Shown here in pieces: positions 10,754 to 21,500 of a stretch of DNA of 64,000 nucleotides. Positions within the stretch are counted from its first letter, which is position 1. The number at the start of each line of letters is the position of its first letter. This DNA comes from Candidatus Helarchaeota archaeon (GTDB lineage: Archaea > Asgardarchaeota > Lokiarchaeia > Helarchaeales > RDOG01), in NCBI GenBank assembly GCA_019058315.1, contig JAHPZH010000002.1, forward strand, positions 64,001 through 128,000, written 5' to 3'. The translations under genes were made by a program, and so were the position numbers. The notes beneath the pieces are model-generated. The model was not told the origin of the DNA. It saw only the letters and a list, made by a program, of their open reading frames with translations, and ran no database searches.

Positions 10754-12022
10754 GTGATTAATATGTATTTAAATTCTTTTTCGAATCTTTTTAAGTTAAC
10801 AAATAGATCTAACCATCGTATTTCCAGTTGGGATAAAAAAGGAAGGAATAATGATTTTATTCATGTTGAGAGCAAAAAGACTGCGACTTTAGCCGAAATA
10901 CAAGGTCCTGGAATTATTAAACACATTTATTTTACTACAATTCTTCAAAATCCTCTTGATTTTAGGTACGGAATAATAAGAATGTATTGGGATCACGAAG
11001 AAAATCCTAGTGTTGAAGTACCTTTAGGGGATTTCTTTGGAGTAAGTAATTGTAAGGTACGTCTGATTAATTCATTAATCATTACTATTAATAGAGGAGC
11101 CTTAGGGAGTTATGGTTTTAATATGTATTTTCCAATGCCATTTTCTAAACATGCTAAAATTGAATTAGAAAATCAAGGACCATCAACATTAGGTGGTATT
11201 ATCTCCGCTTTTTGGTATCATATAGATTATGATAAATTAAATGAACCGTTACCTAAGGATACAGGTTATTTTCACGCCTTTTGGAATAAAGAAAAACTTA
11301 CAAAAATTTCAGAAAGAATTCCAGTAAAAAAGAAAAATGTTCAACTATGGAGCGGAAAAAATTTAACAGGTGAAGATAATTACGTAATTTTAGATACTGA
11401 GGGAAACGGACAGCTAGCAGGATTACTGCTGAATATAGATAATATAGCTGGAAGTTGGTATGGAGAAGGTGATGATATGATTTTTATTGATAATGATACA
11501 TGGCCTCCTTCTATTCACGGAACAGGTACCGAAGAGATTTTTGGAGGCGGTGCAAGCCCAAAACATGAATATTCGGGTCCATATACAGGATTCCATCTCA
11601 TTGAAAACTTTGATTATTCAGGAAATAATGGCATGTATCGATGGTATATTCATGATCCTATAAGGTTTAAAAAAAGAATTAGATGGACAATTGAACATGG
11701 TCATGCTAATAATTTTGAAAATGATTATTCCAGTGTGGCTTATTGGTATCAAAATGAGCCACATAAAAAATTCCCACCATTACTTCCAATAGACGAAAGA
11801 ATACCAAGATTACCAGATAATTTTGAACAGATTTGGTCAGAATGTAAATTAACCACAACTGAAGTATTTCTAAGGTTAAGTAGTTCAAAATCTAAATATT
11901 CAACAGTTATTGATAGATCATATCAAGACACTTTACACGATTTTATGCAAGGAAAATATCAAATAGCTTATGAAAATTTGAAAAAAATAAGAAAAAAGCT
12001 AAAAGAAAAATCTGAAGCATAA
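10754..12022 (+). CDS. DUF2961 / glycoside hydrolase family 172 protein
   Basis: GPG.I.HI, PSVEVPLGDFF, FPMPF, WYGEGD, HGTGTEE.FGG, YRWYIHDPIRF, IEHGHAN, SVAYWYQ. Confidence 0.88.
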   Translation: MINMYLNSFSNLFKLTNRSNHRISSWDKKGRNNDFIHVESKKTATLAEIQGPGIIKHIYFTTILQNPLDFRYGIIRMYWDHEENPSVEVPLGDFFGVSNCKVRLINSLIITINRGALGSYGFNMYFPMPFSKHAKIELENQGPSTLGGIISAFWYHIDYDKLNEPLPKDTGYFHAFWNKEKLTKISERIPVKKKNVQLWSGKNLTGEDNYVILDTEGNGQLAGLLLNIDNIAGSWYGEGDDMIFIDNDTWPPSIHGTGTEEIFGGGASPKHEYSGPYTGFHLIENFDYSGNNGMYRWYIHDPIRFKKRIRWTIEHGHANNFENDYSSVAYWYQNEPHKKFPPLLPIDERIPRLPDNFEQIWSECKLTTTEVFLRLSSSKSKYSTVIDRSYQDTLHDFMQGKYQIAYENLKKIRKKLKEKSEA

Positions 12023-12032
12023 AATAGGTCTT

Positions 12033-12134
12033 TTAAAGAATAAAAAAGATAAACAAAATCCAACTAATTGAAATAACTACTAAAATCAAAAAAATATTTA
12101 ATGTAAATTTCCCTAAACCAGATTTTTTTTCCAA
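12033..12134 (-). CDS. Putative 33-aa single-TM peptide (MEKKSGLGKFTLNIFLILVVISISWILFIFFIL)
   Basis: TTG start after AGGATGGA; basic N-terminus plus hydrophobic stretch; below the ORF-track cutoff. Confidence 0.3.
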   Translation of the reverse strand: MEKKSGLGKFTLNIFLILVVISISWILFIFFIL

Positions 12135-12351
12135 GAACTAATCCATCCTACTCATAATAATTAATTTTAATTTAAGATTCAGAAGTGAGATTTTTTGAAA
12201 GATACTAATTAAAATTATTAAAATAATTCTTATTATGAGTTATTGGACATTTTTTTAACATTTGAAAACTAGAATAAACTATTCCAAGGTCTTATTATAA
12301 AATAATGTTAAATCAAAGGTACTGAAAGAAAAAGAATAAATTCATAATTTA

Positions 12352-12738
12352 TTAGGATTTAAAAAAAGAGTTTTTAGTGTCTTCTCCATCTAAAATCCAA
12401 AGTAATATAATTCCAATAATGAAAATCATCAAAATAAGAGATATTATTGCTGATATAACCCAACCCCATTCCTTAAATGTAATAAGACCAAAAACAGTCA
12501 CTACTAATAAGATTCCTAAAAATAAAGATATTAATCCGATAATCGGTAACATTTCCAACAAAGGTTGACCAGTTATTACATTAGTATCAAAAAATCCCGC
12601 CCAACCCAATTGTATACCAAGATTTATTACTCTAAATGGTTCGATAAAAGAAAATATTCCAACATATAAGGAATATAATCCCCAGATTAAGAATAGGATA
12701 ATAATTACCCAATATCCGAATGTTCTTTTATTACTCAA
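12352..12738 (-). CDS. Hypothetical membrane protein (3-4 TM)
   Basis: Hydrophobic segments; K.WGW motif. Confidence 0.65.
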   Translation of the reverse strand: MSNKRTFGYWVIIILFLIWGLYSLYVGIFSFIEPFRVINLGIQLGWAGFFDTNVITGQPLLEMLPIIGLISLFLGILLVVTVFGLITFKEWGWVISAIISLILMIFIIGIILLWILDGEDTKNSFFKS

Positions 12739-12850
12739 TTTTTTTCAATCCTTGAAGTATTAAATTAATAAACATAAAAAAAATTTATCCAGCCATTTGA
12801 TTATAGTTTTCCTAAATTCATTCAAGTCAAATTGTTAAGTGAAATAAACG

Positions 12851-13462
12851 ATGAATAAAAAAATTGAAGATTATTCAAGCAAAAAGAAGTCAATTAAACC
12901 AATTCGACTTTCCAAACCGCGGATCCATCCATTAGACAAATCAAAATGGAACGAGGATGTGATATCACAATTAAAGAATTTGCAACAAGGTCCTAGAGGG
13001 CAGGTTCCTAATATTTTCACAACTCTGGCAAATCACCCAAAATTACTTAAACGATTTTTAGTGTTTGGACGTCACATCACCCTTAAATCGTCTCTTCCTC
13101 GACGAGACCGAGAAATGCTAATGCTTCGAATTGGATGGCTTTGCTACAGCGAATATGAATTTGGACAGCATGCTAAAATCGGAAAAAGTTGTGGTCTCAG
13201 CGATGAAGAAATCAAAATGATAATGGAAGGTCCTGATGCTAAGGGATGGGAGCCATTTGAAGCTGCTTTGCTTCGTGCGGTGGATGAACTCCATGCGGAT
13301 GCATTCATAACTGACTCTACTTGGAATGAAATTGCAGAACGTTACAATACCCACCAAATAATGGATCTTATTTTCACAGTTGGTCAATATAATCTGATAA
13401 GTATGGCTCTAAATTCTTTAGGAGTCCAACTGGATTCTTGGATTGATGGTTTTCCGAAATGA
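12851..13462 (+). CDS. Carboxymuconolactone decarboxylase/AhpD family protein
   Basis: NIF.TLA.HP, RE..MLR.G..C.SEYEFGQH, LRAVDEL, TVGQYN. Confidence 0.88.
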   Translation: MNKKIEDYSSKKKSIKPIRLSKPRIHPLDKSKWNEDVISQLKNLQQGPRGQVPNIFTTLANHPKLLKRFLVFGRHITLKSSLPRRDREMLMLRIGWLCYSEYEFGQHAKIGKSCGLSDEEIKMIMEGPDAKGWEPFEAALLRAVDELHADAFITDSTWNEIAERYNTHQIMDLIFTVGQYNLISMALNSLGVQLDSWIDGFPK

Positions 13463-13480
13463 TATTTAGAGGCACGCTTT

Positions 13481-13804
13481 ATGAATTTATTACAAACCTA
13501 TACTGATTGCTTAAAAAATGGAGATGCTGAAAAGCTTGCTTCGATTTTCACAGAAGATGCAATTTTTAATGATAATGGACCTAGTAAATTTGGACAAAGA
13601 CCCATTAATTTAAAAGGTAGAAATAAAATTGAAGCATTTTTTAAGAGAGCTCTAGCCAGAGGCGGATTTAAAATTTCAAATATAAATATAAATAAAAATG
13701 CTATGAGATATGATATCCAAATTGGGGAAACTTTATTTCTCGCTCTTGGTGTAATGAAAGAAGAAAAAAATCTGATTAAGGAATATAATGTTACTGTTGT
13801 ATAA
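13481..13804 (+). CDS. SnoaL/NTF2-like protein
   Basis: GDAEKLASIFTEDA...GR..I.AFF pattern. Confidence 0.75.
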   Translation: MNLLQTYTDCLKNGDAEKLASIFTEDAIFNDNGPSKFGQRPINLKGRNKIEAFFKRALARGGFKISNININKNAMRYDIQIGETLFLALGVMKEEKNLIKEYNVTVV

Positions 13805-13823
13805 AATCATGAGGGAATATTAA

Positions 13824-14543
13824 ATGTCGGACAAATTTAAAGAACATTTCGATTCGATAGCTGAAGAATATGATGATGAAAGGGAAGATTTTTCTAAAAT
13901 GGAAGCTATGGTCCTCATATACTCTTGTGGAAAAATTAAAGGTTGTAAGATTCTTGATATAGGCACTGGTACTGGTATAATAGCTCTTGAATTTGCAAAA
14001 CGAGTGGGAAATGAAGATGAGGTAATTGGTATTGACATATCCGAATCTATGCTTAAGATAGCAAAGAAAAAAGCAAAAGAAATAGGTGTAAATAATATCA
14101 AATTTAAGGTTGGCAGTTTTACCAATATACCACTTACAAACGAGAGTGTAGATATTATTGTATCAAGTGCAGCTCTCCACCATGTAAAACCACAAGAAAA
14201 GCTAAACGCTTTCAAAGAGATGTGGAGAGTATTGAAAATTGGTGGTAGAATTGTAATTAATGATGCAATGTACGAAAATGAAGAATGGAGAAGTATTTTT
14301 ATAGATATGGATTTATTAAAAAGACACCTTGAAAAAATCGGTTTTCCAAAAGAAAGAATGGATATGACTTTGGGATTGACAAAAACTAGCGTTGGACTCA
14401 TCGGTACATTCAGAGATGAATATGTTGAAAGTGTAGGTGCTATAAAAAAATATGCGGAAGAAGCTGGGTTTAAAGGAATAAAAATAAAGGTAACATTTAA
14501 GCCATTACCCGCCCATTGGGTTCTAAAAGCAAAAAAATTATGA
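13824..14543 (+). CDS. Class I SAM-dependent methyltransferase (UbiE-like)
   Basis: ILDIGTGTG, GIDIS..ML, LHH, E..RVLK.GG. Confidence 0.9.
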   Translation: MSDKFKEHFDSIAEEYDDEREDFSKMEAMVLIYSCGKIKGCKILDIGTGTGIIALEFAKRVGNEDEVIGIDISESMLKIAKKKAKEIGVNNIKFKVGSFTNIPLTNESVDIIVSSAALHHVKPQEKLNAFKEMWRVLKIGGRIVINDAMYENEEWRSIFIDMDLLKRHLEKIGFPKERMDMTLGLTKTSVGLIGTFRDEYVESVGAIKKYAEEAGFKGIKIKVTFKPLPAHWVLKAKKL

Positions 14544-14607
14544 TTTTCGAATTAAAGAAACAAATTAAATTTATAAATTATGCTTAATTATACTCCTCTG
14601 AATTCAA

Positions 14608-15924
14608 ATGGATTCCACTGAAACATCAAATAACACTGAGGAGCAATATTTACTCTCAGGAATGAATTTTTTAAAGGATGGAAAATTTGATGATGCTATA
14701 AAAGCATTTGATGATGCCCTAAAGATAAATCCAAATTCTTCATCAATTCACGCATATTTAGGTGATGCTTTAAGGAAAAAAGGATTATTTAATGAAGCGA
14801 TTAAAGAGAATAACGAGGCTATAAGACTCGAGCCTGATAATTTTGAGGCATATAATAATCTTGGACTAACTTTTTCGGATATGGGACAATATAATAGAGC
14901 TATCATGGAGTTTAGACAGGCTATACAACTAAATCCAATTTTTATAAATGCTTTTTTAAACCTCGGAGTTGCTCTTCTAGAAGTAGAGCTTTATGAAGAG
15001 GGGTTTCAAGCATTTAAAGAAGCTGTGCGAATAGCACCTAATGAATATTTGACTCATTATCAATTAGCAATAGCATTTTATAAAACTGGTATGATTAAAG
15101 ATGCAATTAATGAGTGTAAAGAAGCTTTAAAAATAGCTCCCGAATATTTAGATGCCCATGATCTTCTTGGTTTTCTTTTTTACATTAATGGAGAGCTTGA
15201 AGATGCAATAGAAGAATATAAAAAAGTACTAAGATCAAAACCAGAATATGCAGAAGCGCATTTTAATTTAGGAAATGTGCTTATAAGTAAAGAAAGTATC
15301 GATGAGGGAATTAGGGAATATAAAAAAGCATTAATATTAAAGCCTTCATTATATCAAGATTTCAAAAATCAAGCTTCAATGCAACATAAGACTTACATAA
15401 TAAAAGCATATGAAGAAATCAGAGATACTGAAAGTAAGGTTAAACCAACAGAAGATGAGCTAAATAAAGTAATTCAAAAATATGAAAAAAAATTGAAAAA
15501 AATAAATAGTAAAAAAAATCCTGTAGAATTTGCTGAGGTTTTAAAGGATTTAGGAGATTCCTACTTTACACTTGCAAATTCAAGTTCTGATGAAAAATAT
15601 CTAGAAGAGGGATTGTCTGGGTTTTTCCGAGTTGGAGATAAAGCAAAAAACTTAAAAAATGCTATAAACGCCTATAAGCAAGCCCTAGAAATATTTAATG
15701 TTCGAAATTTTCCAATTGAATTTGCAATGACTCAAATGAACCTTGGAAACGCATACTATTCTCTTTGTGAATTAGAAGAAACAAGAAAAAATCTTTCTAA
15801 TGCACTCCGAGTATATACCATAGCCTTTCCTACTCTAAAAGCTGATAAATATCCTCAATATCATCAAAAGATAAAAAATAATATAAAAGAAATACAACAA
15901 AGGTTGAGTTCTAATTCTATTTAA
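14608..15924 (+). CDS. Tetratricopeptide repeat protein
   Basis: About eight 34-aa TPRs (AI.L.P...A..NLG), then longer TPR-like repeats (F.AMTQMNLG). Confidence 0.9.
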   Translation: MDSTETSNNTEEQYLLSGMNFLKDGKFDDAIKAFDDALKINPNSSSIHAYLGDALRKKGLFNEAIKENNEAIRLEPDNFEAYNNLGLTFSDMGQYNRAIMEFRQAIQLNPIFINAFLNLGVALLEVELYEEGFQAFKEAVRIAPNEYLTHYQLAIAFYKTGMIKDAINECKEALKIAPEYLDAHDLLGFLFYINGELEDAIEEYKKVLRSKPEYAEAHFNLGNVLISKESIDEGIREYKKALILKPSLYQDFKNQASMQHKTYIIKAYEEIRDTESKVKPTEDELNKVIQKYEKKLKKINSKKNPVEFAEVLKDLGDSYFTLANSSSDEKYLEEGLSGFFRVGDKAKNLKNAINAYKQALEIFNVRNFPIEFAMTQMNLGNAYYSLCELEETRKNLSNALRVYTIAFPTLKADKYPQYHQKIKNNIKEIQQRLSSNSI

Positions 15925-15962
15925 ACTAATTCTCCGATTTTTAGATTAAGAAAAAATACGTT

Positions 15963-17084
15963 TCAGTCAATAAATTGAAGACAAAATCTTATAGCAGGAA
16001 TGATTTTGTATCCAATTCCAAACATATGTGGGCTTAAAGCTGCTTTTGGGTCAGAGAAAAAATCAAATGTATGATCAATTCCTAGACTTTTTAAGGTCTT
16101 ATGTATAGTTTCTGATCCAGCGCTCAATCCAAATTCATCTGTTTTTTCACAAGAAAGGAATAGGTGTAGTTGTTTCAAAGCTTCTGGATTATTTTTAATC
16201 ACATAATTGAGATCATATTTCTGCCAATTATTTAGTGCCTCTTGATTCATATCCACTATTTTTCCGTTTTCATCTCTCTTAATCGTTGGAAGTAGAGGTT
16301 TATCCTTAGAAAATATTAAGTCAACAGTATCTAGAATATCTGCCCAAGTCCTATCTCCGAACATTTCTGCTACCTTTTTGTTAAATATTCTTTCAACAAT
16401 TGGGACTCTAAGTTTCCAACTTAATAAATCAAAATTCCCCAAATTACCTGGACTTAAAGAAGCTACCGAGATGAATTTTTCGGGATTATAAACGGCTACA
16501 TATAGTGCTCCAAAGCCTCCCATAGATCCACCCATTAAAACCCTATGTTGCTTGTCAGGAATAGTACGGTAATTATTATCTATGTAATTTATAACGTCTT
16601 GGATAATATAATCCATATAATTCCCGCTGTGGGGGGAATTAACATAAAAACTTCCTTTCATAACAAAATCTCCTTTGAGATCCCTAAGTCCATCTTTATG
16701 TGGCGTGTGAAGACTCCCATCTGGTTGAACAAATATAAAAGGTGCTAATTCTCCATTTTCAATCAGATTATCAATGTTCTCATAGGTTGGCATTCGATCC
16801 AAATCAAGTTCTTTCCGAAGCCGTTTAGGAATTAAATCTAAAGGGATGGCCCGTGATTTGTCCTCAAGTGAGGTTACAGTCCAACTAGTGTTATTTCCAG
16901 CATAACCATGTAAATAATAAATTACGGGATATCTTTTTTCTTCATTTTCATAATATCCGGGAGGGAAATAAATACGAATATCACGTTCTACCGGGCTATT
17001 AAGGGGATTTCCCTCTAAACATTTCGAATGAAAAGTATCAGTCCTATATCTCTTTTCTAAAGCGGTTTTCGACAATTTTATCAC
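15963..17084 (-). CDS. Alpha/beta-hydrolase esterase (Fes/enterochelin-esterase-like)
   Basis: YPVIYYLHG, ID..YRT, GGSMGG nucleophile, C-terminal His. Confidence 0.88.
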   Translation of the reverse strand: MIKLSKTALEKRYRTDTFHSKCLEGNPLNSPVERDIRIYFPPGYYENEEKRYPVIYYLHGYAGNNTSWTVTSLEDKSRAIPLDLIPKRLRKELDLDRMPTYENIDNLIENGELAPFIFVQPDGSLHTPHKDGLRDLKGDFVMKGSFYVNSPHSGNYMDYIIQDVINYIDNNYRTIPDKQHRVLMGGSMGGFGALYVAVYNPEKFISVASLSPGNLGNFDLLSWKLRVPIVERIFNKKVAEMFGDRTWADILDTVDLIFSKDKPLLPTIKRDENGKIVDMNQEALNNWQKYDLNYVIKNNPEALKQLHLFLSCEKTDEFGLSAGSETIHKTLKSLGIDHTFDFFSDPKAALSPHMFGIGYKIIPAIRFCLQFID

Positions 17085-17140
17085 TTTTTTAAATTAATTA
17101 GGTTATTTTTGTAGATTTTTTTTATTAAACTAATTAAATA

Positions 17141-17503
17141 TTACCAAAAATCTTTAGATAATTCTAGTAGTTTGTTAAATGTATCCTCAATGACTTTTCG
17201 TCTGCCAATTTTAAATTTTTTGTCTGGACCAAGACTATCAATTTGAGAATCATAAATTTTAAGATAATCTCTCTTCCATCGATTCACAGTGTCTTCCTTG
17301 GGTGGAACAGCATTACATTTCTCAGACAATATTGAAATTATTTCAACACCTGGCATTAATTCTGATTCTCCGCATTGTTCAAGATCTGCAGCATCTCCAG
17401 ATTTAAATATATCTTCAATATTTTTTGTTATTTGGTTAATAATATCTCCTAAATAATCAAGAGCACCATCATTATCAAAATTGCCTACAGACCATGTTCC
17501 CAT
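17141..17503 (-). CDS. DUF4259-like protein
   Basis: N-terminal MGTW..G.FDND.ALD motif (family recalled, not searched). Confidence 0.7.
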   Translation of the reverse strand: MGTWSVGNFDNDGALDYLGDIINQITKNIEDIFKSGDAADLEQCGESELMPGVEIISILSEKCNAVPPKEDTVNRWKRDYLKIYDSQIDSLGPDKKFKIGRRKVIEDTFNKLLELSKDFW

Positions 17504-17629
17504 AATATCTACTCTTTATAATTAATAATATTAAATATAATTAGTTTTATTAAATGGTAAATTTAAAACGAATAATATTATTTATATAATTTATTAAAAA
17601 TTTTGATATTTTCAATTCTATTGAAAAGG

Positions 17630-18376
17630 TCAAGTTTCAATATATGTTGGTTTGAATTCTAATTTATTTTGATAACTTCTGCTAATCTCTTCATATTTTT
17701 TTAATTTTTGTTCAGAAACTTTTAAAGTCCTTAATATTGGCAATAAATCATTTAAATTAGTGAAATACTTGATTTGTCCAGTGTTTGTATCTTTATTTAT
17801 TAGATTTAATTCATGAAATCTCTGAATATAATACTTTAATTTCTTTGAACTTAACCCCGTCTTTTTTATTAATTCTATGAAAATGATACCAGGATTTAGT
17901 AATATGTATTCCAAAATTTTAAAGATTTCAGGAGTTTTAAGGGTAATAATCCTATTAAAATCGTTTAAATTTATATTGGAACTAAAATAGACAACTTTAT
18001 TCATAAATCTACTTTTTTTAATGAAATTAAAATCTTCTAACATTTTTAAATGCCAAGCAGCTAAACGAGGTGAAACATTTAAGTTTCTACGAATTGCTCT
18101 TAAATGAGAACCAGGGTTTTGACAAATATGTTGAAATATTCGATATCGTCTATCATTTTCAAAAATTGTTTCTTTTGTAATCTTAGTTCCTTCAATAATA
18201 TAATTTTTTAAGATAAGATTATAAATTGCTTGGCTAATTTCATTCTTAGGATATATTAATTCGCTAATTGAGGTTGAAAATAAATCTTCTATGTTTAATG
18301 GCTTTTCTTTAATTAAATTTTTTGCAATTTCTAAGATTAATTTCTCAATTCGTGTAAGTTTTAATGTCATTGTCAA
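17630..18376 (-). CDS. Multi winged-helix transcriptional regulator
   Basis: Tandem wHTH: R..IF..I..NPG.HLR.I...L......WHL..LE, and a second I..NPGI.F.EL unit. Confidence 0.82.
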   Translation of the reverse strand: MTMTLKLTRIEKLILEIAKNLIKEKPLNIEDLFSTSISELIYPKNEISQAIYNLILKNYIIEGTKITKETIFENDRRYRIFQHICQNPGSHLRAIRRNLNVSPRLAAWHLKMLEDFNFIKKSRFMNKVVYFSSNINLNDFNRIITLKTPEIFKILEYILLNPGIIFIELIKKTGLSSKKLKYYIQRFHELNLINKDTNTGQIKYFTNLNDLLPILRTLKVSEQKLKKYEEISRSYQNKLEFKPTYIET

Positions 18377-18527
18377 CCCTCTTTTTTGGAAATGTCGAAT
18401 TTATTAAATATTTTAAAATTTTTCACTGATTGACTATTTTTATTATTATGTAGTAGGAACATCATAATTCAAATCTCTATATTTAGTGGAAATTGGAGCA
18501 GATAGAGTAAATTGAGGATTTATTTAT

Positions 18528-21500
18528 TCACTCATTATCTTTTATCCTTTTGAGCATTTCTATAAATTCGTTTCTTTTATTCGTTGATAAGCTGGCTAAT
18601 TCCTTTAATAACTCTATTTTTTCAGATTTTGGAATATCAATTTTTATAATTGTATTTATCTCATCAATTGACAAGATATTAAACTCTCGTTTGAAATAAT
18701 TTTTAATTCTTTCATCTTTTATAGTATCTAAAGGATTTTTTATTTTAGCGAGCTTCTTAAGCTTAGTATTTAAATTTTTATCGGTTAAACCTAATTCTTC
18801 AGGTTCTTTTCTAAATTTTACAACAATTGAAATGGTAGATACCGCTGCTATTGCACCTATAATTATTATAATACTCATAGGTGAAGATAGAAAAATAATA
18901 ATATTGTCTTCTGAAGAAAATGCTAATACTATAATTATTGAAGGTTCGATAGGCTCCTCTGTTTCTATAATTACATAACCATAAATTGTTGAGCTGACAT
19001 TATTATTGTTAGAATCATTCGTCCAAATGGAGTAATTAATTGTTATTCCCTTACCATATCTAGGTACAGTATAACTCCAATATCCATTTTGAAGTGTGCC
19101 ATTAAAAAAGGTCATTTCAATGTATTGATATGTTCCAGTGTGGTTAATATTGATTAAAACCGTTTCTACTCCCACATTATCTTGAATATGAACATAAATA
19201 GTTACATTATCCTGATTTGTTGGTTGCATAGGAACTCTAGAAACCGAGATGATATTAGGATTCTCGCCGTCCCTCACGTTATATTGATATGGTCCATCAA
19301 TATTCGGAATATTTGAGGTGTCGTTTACCCAGACTGAATAAGATATCGTAGTTCCCACAGATAACGCTGGAATTGTATAGTTCCAATACCCATTTTGTAG
19401 AGTCCCGGATAAGTGATTCATAGAATAATTATAAGGAGTGCCAGAGTGGTTTGAAGTAAGAAATACTACATGGATACCGATATTATCAGTTATATGGGCT
19501 GTTATATTTACTAAGTTTAAATTGTTAGGGTTAGTTGGGTCTCTTGAGACAGAAATTATATCTGGACTTTCACCATCAACTATGATATATTGATATGATC
19601 CATTGGTATCATAGTTACCATATGTATCATTTCCCCAGATCGAATAAGAGACCGAAGTTCCCACAGCAACTGGTGGAATTGTGTAGTTCCAATATCCATC
19701 TTGAAGAGTCCCTGATAGGTGATTCATAGAATAATTATAAGGGGTACCAGAGTGGTTTGAGGTTAGAAATACTACATGAACACCAATATTATCGGTTATA
19801 TGAGCAGTAATATTTACTGAATCTAAATTATTAGGGTTAGTTGGCTCTCTTAAGACAGAGACTATATTAGGACCTTCACTGTCTCCCACAGTATATTGAT
19901 ATGGACCTTCGGTATTAGGAATATTGGATGTATCATTTGCCCAAATCGAATAAGAAATTATAGTTCCCGTAGGAACTGCTGGTATTGTGTAATTCCAATA
20001 CCCATCCTGAAGAGTCCCCGATAGGTGATTCATAGAATAATTATAAGGGATGCCAGAGTGGTTTGAAGTTAATAATACTACACCAATACCAACATTTTCT
20101 GTAATATGAACAGTAATATTTACTGAGTCTAGATTGTTGGGATTAATCGGTTCTCTGGAAACAGAAACTATATCGGGACTCTCACCATCTATCACTGTAT
20201 ATTGATATGGTCCATTTATATCAGAGTTATTAGATGAATCATTAACCCATATAGTATATGTAATAGTAGCTCCTGCTGGAAGAGTAGGAATTATGTAATC
20301 CCAATATCCATCATTTTTATATCCTGAAACAAAATCCATCACATAATCTGCTGAAGTTCCTGTGTGATTTGAATTGATTATTACAGTATCTATTTTTAAG
20401 TTGTCAGCACTATGTACAGTAATATTAACGGTATTCAAATTATTGGGGACCATCGGATATCTTGAAACAGACAATAAATTTGGATTATAAATATCATTGT
20501 TAACTGAATACATTGATACTTCAGATGTTCCCCATTCTCCATCTGTTTCATCTTGCCAGATCACATGTAATACTGAATTATTATCCATGGCGATGCTAGG
20601 ATTCCAACTAGCACCATCATTCCATCCAGTATAATCATCCGAAATTATGGTTGCATTGGACCAGCCCGCTGCGGTATAATTTGTATACATTATTTCTGAA
20701 TCTGGAAATTCAGGGCTTCCAATACCATACTGCCAATCTTCCCAAATTACATGCACTATTCCATTATTATCCACGGCAATACTGGGTCGCCAACTGTAAT
20801 TTTTATTCCAACCTGTATAATCATCTGAAATGACAGTTGCATTAGACCAACCTGTCGCAGTGTAATTTGCATACATTATCTCTGTATCATATATACTATT
20901 GGTCCACTCACCGACTGTGTAATCTTGCCAAGCAACATGTACATAACCATTAAGATCTGTGGCGATGCAAGGATTCAAACTGTCACCATCGTTCCATCCA
21001 AAAACGTCTGAAATAACTGTAGCATTAGACCAACCCGCGGTGGTACAATTAGTATACATTATTTCTTCATCTGTTCCCCATTCTCCATTTGTATCATCCC
21101 GCCAAACCACATGTATATTTCCATTCTCGTCCGTGGTGATGCTAGGACTAAAACTATTACCATCATTCCAGCCAGTACTATCATCAGAAATCACAGTTGC
21201 ATTGGACCAAACTCCAGCACTATAATTTGCATACATTATTTCATTATCTGTTCCCCACTCACCAAACGTACAATCCCGCCAGACTACGTGTATATCTCCA
21301 TTCTTGTCCGTGGCGATGCTAGGACCAAAACTATTACCATCATTCCAACCAGTACTATCATCAGAAATCACAGTTGCATTTGACCAGCCCGAACCGGAAT
21401 AGTTAGCGTACATTATTTCTCTATCGGAAATACCACCACCCCATTCACCAACAGTTTCATCAGACCAGACCACATGTATATTTCCATTATTATCTGTGGT

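Noticed and set aside
13820-14401. 193-aa minus-strand ORF and similar antisense ORFs (e.g. 23333..23701, 38994..39320)
   Set aside because: Antisense shadows of better-supported genes
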